Source of the DNA: an uncultured Gammaproteobacteria bacterium
GTDB lineage: Bacteria > Patescibacteriota > Microgenomatia > Levybacterales > GWA1-39-11
DNA length: 64,000 nucleotides
Assembly: GCA_964409875.1 (NCBI GenBank)
Contig: CAYPEN010000001.1
Location: 134,637 to 198,636 of the forward strand
Direction: 5' to 3'
A model generated the notes under the pieces. It had not been told where the DNA came from and searched no databases. It saw only the letters and a list, made by a program, of their open reading frames with translations. Position numbers and translations under genes: made by a program. Below are positions 1-8,680 of the stretch, in pieces; position 1 is the first letter of the stretch; the number at the start of each line of letters is the position of its first letter.

Positions 1-657
1 GGAAGAAGGTAGAGTTTGAAGACTAAGCGCACTTTTAGTAAAGGTAATCGCTGCATTTGAATTACGGGTAAGAAATCCGGTATTTGGACCGAACACAATC
101 ATAGTAGGTTTGGTATTAAGCCGTACAAAGGAAAGCGTTGCAACTTTTCCTTTCCCTTTTTGCATTGGGATAGTGTCCGGGATATGGAGGGAAAGAGATA
201 CGAGTGAGCCCTTTTTATCATTATAGACTTCTCCCTTCTCAAAGGATGATGAGAGTGCAGATGTCGGGTCTTTAACTTGCGTCAGCCTAACATTTCCAAC
301 AGCCTTCGGATCGTAGAGCAGGGAGATAACGCCACTACTTACCTCCCGTCCTTGGGTGTCGATAATAATGTCAACTGATTGCGTTTGACCAACTCCTGCA
401 CCGATATTGGTACCTGGTAAAAACCCGATAGTTGCCTGTGGTAGACTGATGGTTGATGAAGTTGATGTATTGGTGTTTGGGGTCGACCTCATAAAGTAAA
501 CATATGGCGAGCCATATGCAAGAATCACGAGTATGAAAGCAATCGCACCAATAATAATGAGTGCTTTCTTGTTCTTTTTTAGAAAGGAAGCCTTATTCTC
601 AGACTTTACTGGTTGGTCTATAGCGTTCTCTTGTATTGGCACTTCTTTGTTTTCCAT
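1..657 (-). CDS. Membrane-anchored surface protein, possibly cohesin-like (partial, runs off the window start)
   Basis: Translated by hand from ATG at 657: MENKEVPIQENAIDQPVKSENKASFLKKNKKALIIGAIAFILVILAYGSPYVYF...VDIIIDTQGREVSSGVISLLYDPKAV...GKVATLSF. No stop was seen before base 1. It has one N-terminal TM helix and a beta-rich C-terminal part. Confidence 0.7.
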   Translation of the reverse strand, partial: MENKEVPIQENAIDQPVKSENKASFLKKNKKALIIIGAIAFILVILAYGSPYVYFMRSTPNTNTSTSSTISLPQATIGFLPGTNIGAGVGQTQSVDIIIDTQGREVSSGVISLLYDPKAVGNVRLTQVKDPTSALSSSFEKGEVYNDKKGSLVSLSLHIPDTIPMQKGKGKVATLSFVRLNTKPTMIVFGPNTGFLTRNSNAAITFTKSALSLQTLPSS

Positions 658-669
658 ATCGTTACAATT

Positions 670-2370
670 TTATTTCTTACAGCAGTATGGTTTTGCTCCG
701 CTGGTAAATTCATTACATACTTGATTGCCTCTTTGGTATACAGAGTAGCCGGGTGTGCTATCACAAGAACTGTTGGTTGCGCAGATATGATTGCCATCAT
801 TCGGACACTCAACCTGATAGTTAAGTGTTGGGGTAGGAGTTCCTTGGCCTACAGGTGTTCCTCCATTGACGCACCATGCAGGTTGTTGACAGGTGTTGAC
901 TGAGGCGGGAATTATATCGGTTTGAGGGGTTCCATCAGCATTCTTATTGTTGCAAAGGTATTTGTCTGCATAAGTCTTGGTGCAGAAGTATCCGCTGTAC
1001 GCTTTTGTAGCATCAAACGCTTCGTTGCCACACAATGGCCCCCAATATGAAGCGACTCCGCCTTTAGTAGTGGCACATGGTCCTGTTGCCGGTCCTGTAT
1101 AGGAGCCTGAACCGCTTCCACCCGCACCGGGAGTTGTGGTCGTTGATGTTCCACCACCGGGGTTAGGTGTTCCGCTTGTGCAGTAAAAGAAGTATTGGGT
1201 TTGAGGATTTCGTGCATTACAGTACGGATTTGGCGTCTGTCCGTCCCATATTGCATTTGCAACATAGCAACCGGCGGGGGGAGTTCCGACTGCAGTTGGA
1301 TTTTCTCCATGTGGGCCGGCACAATAGCCAGGATTGGATGGGGGAGTCGGTGTCGGGCCTGCAACAACAGGTGAGCATGTGTAGCAGCTATTAGCAGCTG
1401 ACGCATTATTGTTCTTCCACATACACCATGCGTCTCCGGGCTGACTCCGTCCCCAATTGTTACCTGCGCATGTTGCTGTCGGATAACTAGCCTGAGAGCC
1501 ACAGACTTGCGATGCACCGTTACACTTCACAGAAGGCTCCGATGTGCCACCACCGCCACCGCTCGGAGTCTGTCCTCCACCTCCGGGAGTTTGCCCACCA
1601 CCACCTGGGGTTTGTCCTCCACCTCCGGGAGTCTGGCCACCACCCGGAGTCTGTCCTCCGCCAGTTCCTGACGCGCTTTTGTAGTAGCAGGATGTTCCGC
1701 TGGTACGACATTGATGGCTTGAGTCTGCTTTTGTCCATCCCGGTTCAGCGCCTCCGTCAACCCAGCATTTATATTCTGTTGTGCTTTCTGACGAAAAAGG
1801 CTTGCATGTATCAGCCTCTCCCTGATCTTCCGAAGAACAATACGAATTTCTTTGGCAGGTTTGAATTTTTCCATCTCGACCAGTTTTATAGCAATGGCCC
1901 ACACCACTTGATGGACACTGAGCTCCCATGTTGCCGTTATTTGATACACAACGAGGCGAATCATGTAACCCCCCTGCGTAAAAGAAGCACCTGCCGTCGC
2001 CGTTTTCGCATGCATCCTTTGACCTAGAGCTGCAATTTTCCGTGCATTGGTGATTTTCGCAAACTCCGCTGTTGCAATCTTCATCTTCTCCACATTTACC
2101 GCCAATATCATTCTTGCTTGCTTTGCAAGAGCCTTCTATGCAGTATGGCTCGTTTGCATTGCATGTTGGTTTCCAGCTAAAACAGGCTTGGCCCCATCCG
2201 GCATAGTCACATCCACAACTATCAAATGGATTGGGAAAGGCATATTGCTGTTTAACATTGTTAAATAGGAATATTAAACAAATAAATAAGAAGGAAAGCC
2301 CTAAAGAGAAGAAAAATGTACCAGAAAAAAATCTTCTATTGTCAAAAAGAATACTAAAATAACGCCTCAT
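670..2370 (-). CDS. Cysteine-rich, membrane-anchored secreted protein with a GGG(G)QTP repeat linker
   Basis: 566-aa ORF with an N-terminal hydrophobic helix and many Cys clusters separated by Gly/Thr/Pro linkers. Confidence 0.8.
   Translation of the reverse strand: MRRYFSILFDNRRFFSGTFFFSLGLSFLFICLIFLFNNVKQQYAFPNPFDSCGCDYAGWGQACFSWKPTCNANEPYCIEGSCKASKNDIGGKCGEDEDCNSGVCENHQCTENCSSRSKDACENGDGRCFFYAGGLHDSPRCVSNNGNMGAQCPSSGVGHCYKTGRDGKIQTCQRNSYCSSEDQGEADTCKPFSSESTTEYKCWVDGGAEPGWTKADSSHQCRTSGTSCYYKSASGTGGGQTPGGGQTPGGGGQTPGGGGQTPGGGGQTPSGGGGGTSEPSVKCNGASQVCGSQASYPTATCAGNNWGRSQPGDAWCMWKNNNASAANSCYTCSPVVAGPTPTPPSNPGYCAGPHGENPTAVGTPPAGCYVANAIWDGQTPNPYCNARNPQTQYFFYCTSGTPNPGGGTSTTTTPGAGGSGSGSYTGPATGPCATTKGGVASYWGPLCGNEAFDATKAYSGYFCTKTYADKYLCNNKNADGTPQTDIIPASVNTCQQPAWCVNGGTPVGQGTPTPTLNYQVECPNDGNHICATNSSCDSTPGYSVYQRGNQVCNEFTSGAKPYCCKK
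1555..1665 (-). repeat. Coding tandem repeat, about 5 units of 18-21 bp (GGG(G)QTP)
   Basis: The protein reads GGGQTPGGGQTPGGGGQTPGGGGQTPGGGGQTPSGGGGG. DNA units such as ggagtctgtcctccacctcc recur. Confidence 0.9.
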
Positions 2371-2420
2371 ATGAATTTTGATGGTTCAACTTCAATTATT
2401 AATGTCTTATTTGTTAATTG

Positions 2421-3002
2421 TCAACACCCAGTTGCGGCTCCCTGATAATATACTTTCAAAGTGCCTCCTGACCATTTACCGCCTGTTTGGGATCCTCCGG
2501 AGAATAACCCGATTTTCCATTTTTTATTAGTAAATCCATCAGCTGATGAAAGATTAATTGTGTATCTAGTTGAGGGTGTTTTGAATTGATCTGTTGCAAT
2601 AACTTTTGTAGTAGAACCTTCTTCTATTTCTATTGTCATATAGCCATTTTCGTCTCCTATTGCCTGTATTTTTCCTTCCTGTTGCGGTACTGTTTCTTTC
2701 AGGCAAAATGTAGGCGTATAGTTTATAATCCAAGTAAAGGGAGTAGTGGTCGGAGAAGGAGTCGTGCCGGAACCGGATGAGGTAGGGCCAGGAGTTGTGG
2801 AAGTAGTTGCTGGTGTGTCGGCTACAGGGAAGGGGGTGTCACCCGACATAAGTGTCCCAAAGCCTCCAACAAGAGACACTGCGAGAAGTACAACCATTAT
2901 GCAAATTATAAAATACACTGAGGATTGTCCGCGCTCTGAAGCAACAGAAGTTGGGAGTTGGGAGTTAGCAGATAAAGGGTTTTGAATAAAAATTCTTCGC
3001 AT
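2421..3002 (-). CDS. Putative pilin/pseudopilin-like exported protein
   Basis: ERG|QSSVYFIICIMVVLLAVSLVGG resembles a class III (prepilin, TadE or archaeal-type GQ) signal. A Thr/Pro linker and a small beta domain with two Cys follow. Confidence 0.55.
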   Translation of the reverse strand: MRRIFIQNPLSANSQLPTSVASERGQSSVYFIICIMVVLLAVSLVGGFGTLMSGDTPFPVADTPATTSTTPGPTSSGSGTTPSPTTTPFTWIINYTPTFCLKETVPQQEGKIQAIGDENGYMTIEIEEGSTTKVIATDQFKTPSTRYTINLSSADGFTNKKWKIGLFSGGSQTGGKWSGGTLKVYYQGAATGC

Positions 3003-3041
3003 AATTTGAGTATAGAATTTTTTGCTGCAAGTGGCTAGTGG

Positions 3042-3407
3042 TTAGTTTTTTGATGTTTCGAGGGCTGTTATTCTTTTCTCATGGTCAGATAACTTTTTTC
3101 TGGTAAAACTATCAGTGCCTTCAATAGCGTCAAGGAGAGAATTTTGCATATCTTCAAGGTCTTTTTTTGTAGCAAACCGCTTCAGTTCTTCCTTTGTCGC
3201 AAATCGTTCAAGATCTTCTTTTGTAGCATAAGCCTTTAGTTCCTCCCTCAAGTCTTCTTTTGTAGCAAATCTTTCTAAATCCTCCTTGGTGGCAAATCTT
3301 TTCAGTTCATTTTTTAAGTCCTCTTTTGTGGCAAAGACCTCCCGTAGCTCTCTTATGGTTTGAATGAAAACTTTTTCTGTTAGGACTTTTTCTTCCTGTT
3401 TTTTCAT
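3042..3407 (-). CDS. Coiled-coil protein with (F/Y)ATKEDL repeats
   Basis: 121-aa ORF with six ATK(E/K)(D/E)L units and a C-terminal HEKRITALE. Confidence 0.8.
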   Translation of the reverse strand: MKKQEEKVLTEKVFIQTIRELREVFATKEDLKNELKRFATKEDLERFATKEDLREELKAYATKEDLERFATKEELKRFATKKDLEDMQNSLLDAIEGTDSFTRKKLSDHEKRITALETSKN

Positions 3408-3472
3408 AGTGATATCTAGAATATCATTTTGTAATTAATCTTCAATAAGACAAAGTACAGCAATTGGTGAAA

Positions 3473-4393
3473 TTATTGCCCCGCGTCGTTGCAGATTTTT
3501 TGGGAAATGTCTTTATAAATTTTTTTTAACTGGGTCGGGTCGGGGAGTTCATAATATGTTGAAAGGGTAGGTTCGGTTGCTATTTTTGACATCATATTCC
3601 TCATGTCGGGCAAAAAATATTCGTCTTCTGTGTTGCCCGGAACGTAGAGTGCAATCGTATATATCTTTATCCCTTTGTCTTTTATTTCTTTCGAAACGTC
3701 GGGGGATTGGGTCGGGTCTTGTGAATTTGCAAAACACCGGTTTCCCAATTGCCTACCACTTGCGCAGTCATGAGGGTTTGTTTCCGGAATACCGTCCGAA
3801 AGAAAAATAAGTGCAAATTTTTGGTCGGGGAATTTAGTTTGTGCAGCAAGGATTTTATCCCGCATAAATAGAAATGCAGTTCTTGTGTTTGTCGCACCTG
3901 CTGCACGAAGGTTTTGAATTGCTCCGGGCATTGTGCTTTTGACATCTTTGTAGCGGGAGAAGGGCACATCTTCTTCAACAACAACTGCCCCGTCGTCGTT
4001 ACTGCTAAAAGATGAAAGGCCGATGACCGACTGGTCGGAAAGAGTTTGGGAAAATGTTGTAAGTGCAGATTTGAGGTTCTCTATTTTTGCGCCTTTCATC
4101 GAGCCGGAGCGGTCAACCAAAAGTCCGACTGCAACTTTACTGCCGCATTCGCGGAATTTGATGGTTTTTAGTTGCAGGTTGTTGCGGTTGGGACCTGGAG
4201 TTTCTTGTACTAGCTCCAAGTCCCCTGTTTCACCCGGATCTGAGAGTGTCGAGCGGGGAGTGACTCCCCGGGATAGTAATACCCCCATACCTACTGCAAG
4301 ACCGATAAATGCAAGGGTAAATAGTGTCCCCGGCCCTGTAAGATTGACTCCAAAGCCGTTTCCACCTCGTCTCCTATTATTATTGTTTGCCAT
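3473..4393 (-). CDS. Membrane-anchored von Willebrand factor A domain protein
   Basis: MIDAS motif LVDRSGSM, GATNT and FLSDG, plus an N-terminal TM helix. Confidence 0.9.
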   Translation of the reverse strand: MANNNNRRRGGNGFGVNLTGPGTLFTLAFIGLAVGMGVLLSRGVTPRSTLSDPGETGDLELVQETPGPNRNNLQLKTIKFRECGSKVAVGLLVDRSGSMKGAKIENLKSALTTFSQTLSDQSVIGLSSFSSNDDGAVVVEEDVPFSRYKDVKSTMPGAIQNLRAAGATNTRTAFLFMRDKILAAQTKFPDQKFALIFLSDGIPETNPHDCASGRQLGNRCFANSQDPTQSPDVSKEIKDKGIKIYTIALYVPGNTEDEYFLPDMRNMMSKIATEPTLSTYYELPDPTQLKKIYKDISQKICNDAGQ

Positions 4394-4395
4394 AT

Positions 4396-5259
4396 TTATA
4401 GTTGTATTGTTGTACAGCCTTCACTGATATCTCCCACCTGGTCTCCATCGTGAAGGATGAATTGCGCACGGTACGCATGCCCAGCCTCAAGACCGAGATT
4501 GTCAACCTTCCATATGATTTCAGCGCCAAAGAACGGTTCCTGACGTCTTTGAGAATTTGCAAATTTCACGTTTGAATTTGGAGGGTATGGGTCTGCCCCC
4601 GGCCCCAAATCCAAGTCATTGGGTGTTGACATTGATGTTGATGCCCCCAAGGGTTTCCACGCACCGAATACCTCATCGGGTTTGTGTGGGGTTCCCCCGT
4701 TTTGCGCGTCTCCTGACTTATTATTGGGGTCAGATGTTATGTCGCTTAAGAAAAGAGCAGGGTACCAAGGAAATCCATTGGCATCTTTTTGGGTCTCATC
4801 TCCCACATTGGGACTTACCACGTGATCTTTTGAGGATGTTGAAGGGGAAATATTCCCGGCTCCGAGCGTTATCGGCCATTCGTCTTGATAAAAAACCTTG
4901 ATAGCCCCGCCTTTGACAACAGGGGTCCCCGGGTCGGGGTTGATGGCCCACAGAATGTATGGCTCGGGGCTACCTTTAATAGCGTCATCCCCGCAGTCAA
5001 ATGTAGGGGGAATGACAACCTTCATTTTAATAGTTCTGAGTTGAAGGTTGGACCGTTGGGCCTCTTGTTGGCTTGTATCAACTTGATAGGTATATTTATC
5101 ATTTAACCCTGAGAGCGTTGATTTGGGAGTGACACCGCGAGTCATGAGTATTCCCATCCCGAAAGCAATTCCTATGAATGCTAGGGTAAAAACTGTTCCC
5201 GGACCTGTAAGGTTGAGACCAAAACCCATTCCCCCACCTTGCTTTTTCTCTTTTGCCAT
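4396..5259 (-). CDS. Membrane-anchored protein sharing its N-terminal module with the adjacent vWA protein
   Basis: 287-aa ORF. Its segment GFGLNLTGPGTVFTLAFIGIAFGMGILM closely matches the neighbour's N-terminus. Confidence 0.8.
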   Translation of the reverse strand: MAKEKKQGGGMGFGLNLTGPGTVFTLAFIGIAFGMGILMTRGVTPKSTLSGLNDKYTYQVDTSQQEAQRSNLQLRTIKMKVVIPPTFDCGDDAIKGSPEPYILWAINPDPGTPVVKGGAIKVFYQDEWPITLGAGNISPSTSSKDHVVSPNVGDETQKDANGFPWYPALFLSDITSDPNNKSGDAQNGGTPHKPDEVFGAWKPLGASTSMSTPNDLDLGPGADPYPPNSNVKFANSQRRQEPFFGAEIIWKVDNLGLEAGHAYRAQFILHDGDQVGDISEGCTTIQL

Positions 5260-5325
5260 ACAATTAAGTGTAGAATTTAGTTTTCATACTTGTCAACGTA
5301 TCTTGTTTTTGAATTCAACTTTTGT

Positions 5326-5430
5326 TATACTACTGTTCATTACATCATGTTCTTGATTACATCCTGGCTGAAAACGCCGCAAGAACAGAGGGAAAAAGGA
5401 TTATAAAACGCTTGCGTTTGATTCCTTATT
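5326..5430 (+). promoter_or_regulatory. rpsB promoter (-10 TATACT) and structured 5' leader
   Basis: TATACT at 5326-5331. Stem tgttcttg (5348-5355) pairs with caagaaca (5380-5387). A second hairpin, aagga...aaacg-cttg-cgttt...tcctt, spans 5396-5427. Confidence 0.5.
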
Positions 5431-5435
5431 AATAT

Positions 5436-6212
5436 ATGAGACAAATCACTTTAGAAGAATTATTGGAGGCCGGATGCCATTTTGGCCATCAGGTTAATAG
5501 ACGCAACCCGAAAGCCAACCGCTATATTTTTGAAGCGCGGCAGGGGGTTAATATCATCAATCTTGAGGCAACTCAGGAAGGACTCATTGCTGCTGCGGAA
5601 TACGTGAAGGAGCTTGCTTCGCGAGGTGGAAGTTTTGTTGTTGTCGGAACCAAAAGACAGGCGCAGCAGGTTGTAAAAGAAGAAGTTGAAAGAGCTCGGG
5701 AAATTACTCCTTCAACAATCCATTACATAACATCCCGTTGGATTGGCGGAATCTTTACTAATTTTGATGAAGTAAAAAAGAACTTTAAAAAACTGGTTGA
5801 TTTGGAAAAAATCGTCAATTCTGAAGACCGCGGTGGATACACTAAAAGAGAAGTTGGACTTTTTGAAAAAGAACTTGTGAAATTGAAGGATATCTATGGT
5901 GGGCTTTTTACCATCAAGGAGGCACCTGACGCAGTATTTATTATCGATACCCATGCTGAGAACACCGCAGTAAGGGAAGCGTCGAGGGTTGGTCTTACGA
6001 CAATCGGAATAACAGACACAAATGCCGACCCTTCAGAAGTGACATATTCAATTCCGGCAAATGATGACGCGGTAGGTTCTATAAAGCTTATCACTACGTA
6101 TCTTATCGATGCTTGGATTGAGGGGTCGAAAGAAAAAGTAAAATCCGATAACAAAGCTGCAGAAATAGCGGCAAAAGAAGCGGCAAAGAAATCGAAGCCG
6201 GCAGATAAATAG
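5436..6212 (+). CDS. rpsB: 30S ribosomal protein S2
   Basis: Signatures LLEAGCHFGH, RWIGGIFTNF, DTNADP and PANDDA. Confidence 0.98.
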   Translation: MRQITLEELLEAGCHFGHQVNRRNPKANRYIFEARQGVNIINLEATQEGLIAAAEYVKELASRGGSFVVVGTKRQAQQVVKEEVERAREITPSTIHYITSRWIGGIFTNFDEVKKNFKKLVDLEKIVNSEDRGGYTKREVGLFEKELVKLKDIYGGLFTIKEAPDAVFIIDTHAENTAVREASRVGLTTIGITDTNADPSEVTYSIPANDDAVGSIKLITTYLIDAWIEGSKEKVKSDNKAAEIAAKEAAKKSKPADK

Positions 6213-6241
6213 GTTAAAAGAATTAAGGTTAAGAAAAAAAT

Positions 6242-6694
6242 ATGGCAATAAGCGCACAACAAATAAAAGAATTACGGGAAAAGACTCAGGCGGGGTTTTC
6301 TGATTGTAAAATGGCTTTGGAAGAGGCCGGAGGGGATATGAAAAAGGCAGAGGAGATCCTTAAGAAAAAAGGTTTTGAGAAGGCAGCAAAAAAGAGTGAT
6401 CGCGAAACCGGTCAGGGCCTTGTCGAATCGTACGTTCATCAAACAGGAAAAGTGGGTGTTCTTGTTTCTCTTCTTTGTGAGACCGATTTTGTGGCAAGAA
6501 CTGACGAATTCAAACACTTGGCTCATGAAATTGCGATGCAGGTTGCGGCAATGAATCCGAAGGATATGGATGCCCTTTTGAAACAAGAGTACATCCGTGA
6601 CGGCTCAAAAACAATAGACGACCTTATTAAAGAAACAATTGCCAAGCTTGGAGAGAACATCAAACTCTCAGATTTCAAACGCTCGGAGATTTGA
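6242..6694 (+). CDS. tsf: Elongation factor Ts (short form, 150 aa)
   Basis: IKELREKTQAGFSDCKMAL and CETDFVA motifs. It follows rpsB. Confidence 0.96.
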   Translation: MAISAQQIKELREKTQAGFSDCKMALEEAGGDMKKAEEILKKKGFEKAAKKSDRETGQGLVESYVHQTGKVGVLVSLLCETDFVARTDEFKHLAHEIAMQVAAMNPKDMDALLKQEYIRDGSKTIDDLIKETIAKLGENIKLSDFKRSEI

Positions 6695-6841
6695 TTTCGT
6701 TGGATTCGGGTCCTGTCAAACCCCAGTTGCAGTACTTATTCAGCGTTCAAATCACATTCAAATTAACAAGAGTTCGCTTCGGTATAAATTTTGCAACCTT
6801 TTTTCATAGTTTTTTAAGTTTTCTTATAGTAAAATAATTGG

Positions 6842-7951
6842 ATGCTGGTAACTATTATCGCCTTCATTCTTATTCTCTCCGTTCTTGTTCTTATCCACGA
6901 GTTGGGACATTTTTTGGTGGCGAAAAAATTGGGAATTAAGGTTGAAGAATTCGGAGTAGGATTTCCGCCGAGAGCATGGGGAAAAAAGATAGGGGAAACT
7001 ACCTATTCTATCAACTGGCTTCCTGTCGGTGGATTTGTAAAGCTTTACGGGGAAGACGACGCAGGAGGAGGAAAAATGGGTTCAAAATCGGTGAGTGGGT
7101 TGGGAGAAAAAGTTGATGAGAAACGTGCTTTTTATGCCCGTCCTCTTTGGCAGCGGATGAGCGTTGTGACGGCTGGGGTTATCATGAATTTTATTCTTGC
7201 CGTTGTTGTTATATCTTTCCTCTTCGCAACACAGGGAGTGCCTCTTCCGACAGAGCATGTAAAAGTGACAGAAATATCGCACCAATCACCCGCAGAAATT
7301 GCAGGGCTTAGAGTCGGAGACCAGGTGATATCGATGAATGGTATTGTCCTTAAGGACTCAAACCAATTTATCGCAGAAACGCAAAAACATAAAGGGAATG
7401 AGGTAACGTTGGTAGTATTGCGAAATGGTCAGGAATTTAGTACAAAAGTGACCCCCCGGCTCAATCCTCCGAAAGGGCAAGGGGCAATAGGAGTAGCGAT
7501 CACAAACATTGAAGTAAAGAAATATTCATGGATAGAGGCTCCCTTTTATGGAACGATGGAAGCCGTAAAATTTTCTCTTATGATAGTGCAAGGCTTAGTG
7601 GGTATGGTCGGTGATTTTGTTTTACACGGCATAAAACCGCAAGGAGTAGCAGGGCCAATTGGTGTTGCTCAACTGACAGGAGAAGCTGTTAGGGCAGGAT
7701 GGTTTGCGGTGTTGTGGTTCCTCTCGCTTTTGTCTCTCAATTTGGCTGTTCTTAACATCTTGCCAATTCCTGCTCTTGATGGAGGACGCTTTTTCTTCAT
7801 GATAATTGAGATGGTAACCGGCAAAAAAGTAAGCCCAAAATATGAGGCGTATGCACATGGCGCGGGACTCGTTGTTCTGCTTGGACTTATGGCACTTATT
7901 ACCGTTTTTGATGTGGCACGGCTTATTCAAGGGAAAGGAATATTACCATAA
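6842..7951 (+). CDS. rseP: RIP metalloprotease RseP (M50 family, PDZ domain)
   Basis: IHELGHF, LPVGGFVKL and NILPIPALDGG motifs, with a PDZ segment SPAEIAGLRVGD. Confidence 0.95.
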   Translation: MLVTIIAFILILSVLVLIHELGHFLVAKKLGIKVEEFGVGFPPRAWGKKIGETTYSINWLPVGGFVKLYGEDDAGGGKMGSKSVSGLGEKVDEKRAFYARPLWQRMSVVTAGVIMNFILAVVVISFLFATQGVPLPTEHVKVTEISHQSPAEIAGLRVGDQVISMNGIVLKDSNQFIAETQKHKGNEVTLVVLRNGQEFSTKVTPRLNPPKGQGAIGVAITNIEVKKYSWIEAPFYGTMEAVKFSLMIVQGLVGMVGDFVLHGIKPQGVAGPIGVAQLTGEAVRAGWFAVLWFLSLLSLNLAVLNILPIPALDGGRFFFMIIEMVTGKKVSPKYEAYAHGAGLVVLLGLMALITVFDVARLIQGKGILP

Positions 7952-8034
7952 AATTTTTAAGTTCAAATTTTTAATTTTTAATAAATTTTTTAAAATTGTA
8001 AATTTAAAATTATTTTGCTATTCTAAGTCATAAA

Positions 8035-8598
8035 ATGGATGGACAAATAACCCAACAGACAAAACAACGCATGGAAAAGGCCTTTATAGTCCTAAAAGAA
8101 GATTTCGGCACTATTAAGACAGGCAAGGCAAATCCTCAACTTGTTGAGAATATTGTTATTTCTGCATATGGTGGTAGTGCCAGGCTTAAGATTATGGAGC
8201 TTGCGACGATACATGTTTCTGACCATCAAACATTACTATTGACTCCCTTCGATTCCTCAGTATTAAGGGATATTGAGAAAGGAATTTCAGACAGCCAAAT
8301 GGGTCTTGGCATTGCTGTTGATGGAATCAATATCCGTGTAAGTATCCCTCCTTTAACCCAGGAAAGACGGGAAGAATTCGTAAAGTTAATTCATAAAAAG
8401 GCCGAAAACGGAAAAATTATGATCCGTCAAGCGCGGCAAGAGTCGAAAGATGAGATAGAAAAGCTAAAAAAGGACGGGCATATTTCTGAAGACGACGTTG
8501 CAAGACTCGAGAAAGAAGTACAAAAAATAACCGATGAATATATTGAAAAGATAGATGAGACTTGCAAAATGAAAGAGCAGGAGCTCATGACAGTATAG
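8035..8598 (+). CDS. frr: Ribosome recycling factor
   Basis: IKTGKANP and IPPLTQERREEFVK motifs. Confidence 0.96.
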   Translation: MDGQITQQTKQRMEKAFIVLKEDFGTIKTGKANPQLVENIVISAYGGSARLKIMELATIHVSDHQTLLLTPFDSSVLRDIEKGISDSQMGLGIAVDGINIRVSIPPLTQERREEFVKLIHKKAENGKIMIRQARQESKDEIEKLKKDGHISEDDVARLEKEVQKITDEYIEKIDETCKMKEQELMTV

Positions 8599-8601
8599 GA
8601 A

Positions 8602-8675
8602 AGCGTTTAGAAAATTAGCGTTTAGGATTTTTTTATTATAGCTAAACGCTATCCCCTAACTATCTAAACCCTAAT
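8602..8675. repeat. Intergenic inverted/direct repeat (REP-like or terminator)
   Basis: agcgtttag occurs at 8602 and 8617. tagcgtttag (8616-8625) is complementary to ctaaacgcta (8642-8651). Degenerate ctaa units follow. Confidence 0.6.
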
Positions 8676-8680
8676 TTTAT

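Noticed and set aside
533-2268. Plus-strand and alternate-frame ORFs over the Cys-rich gene
   Set aside because: They are antisense or out-of-frame shadows of the longer minus-strand genes.
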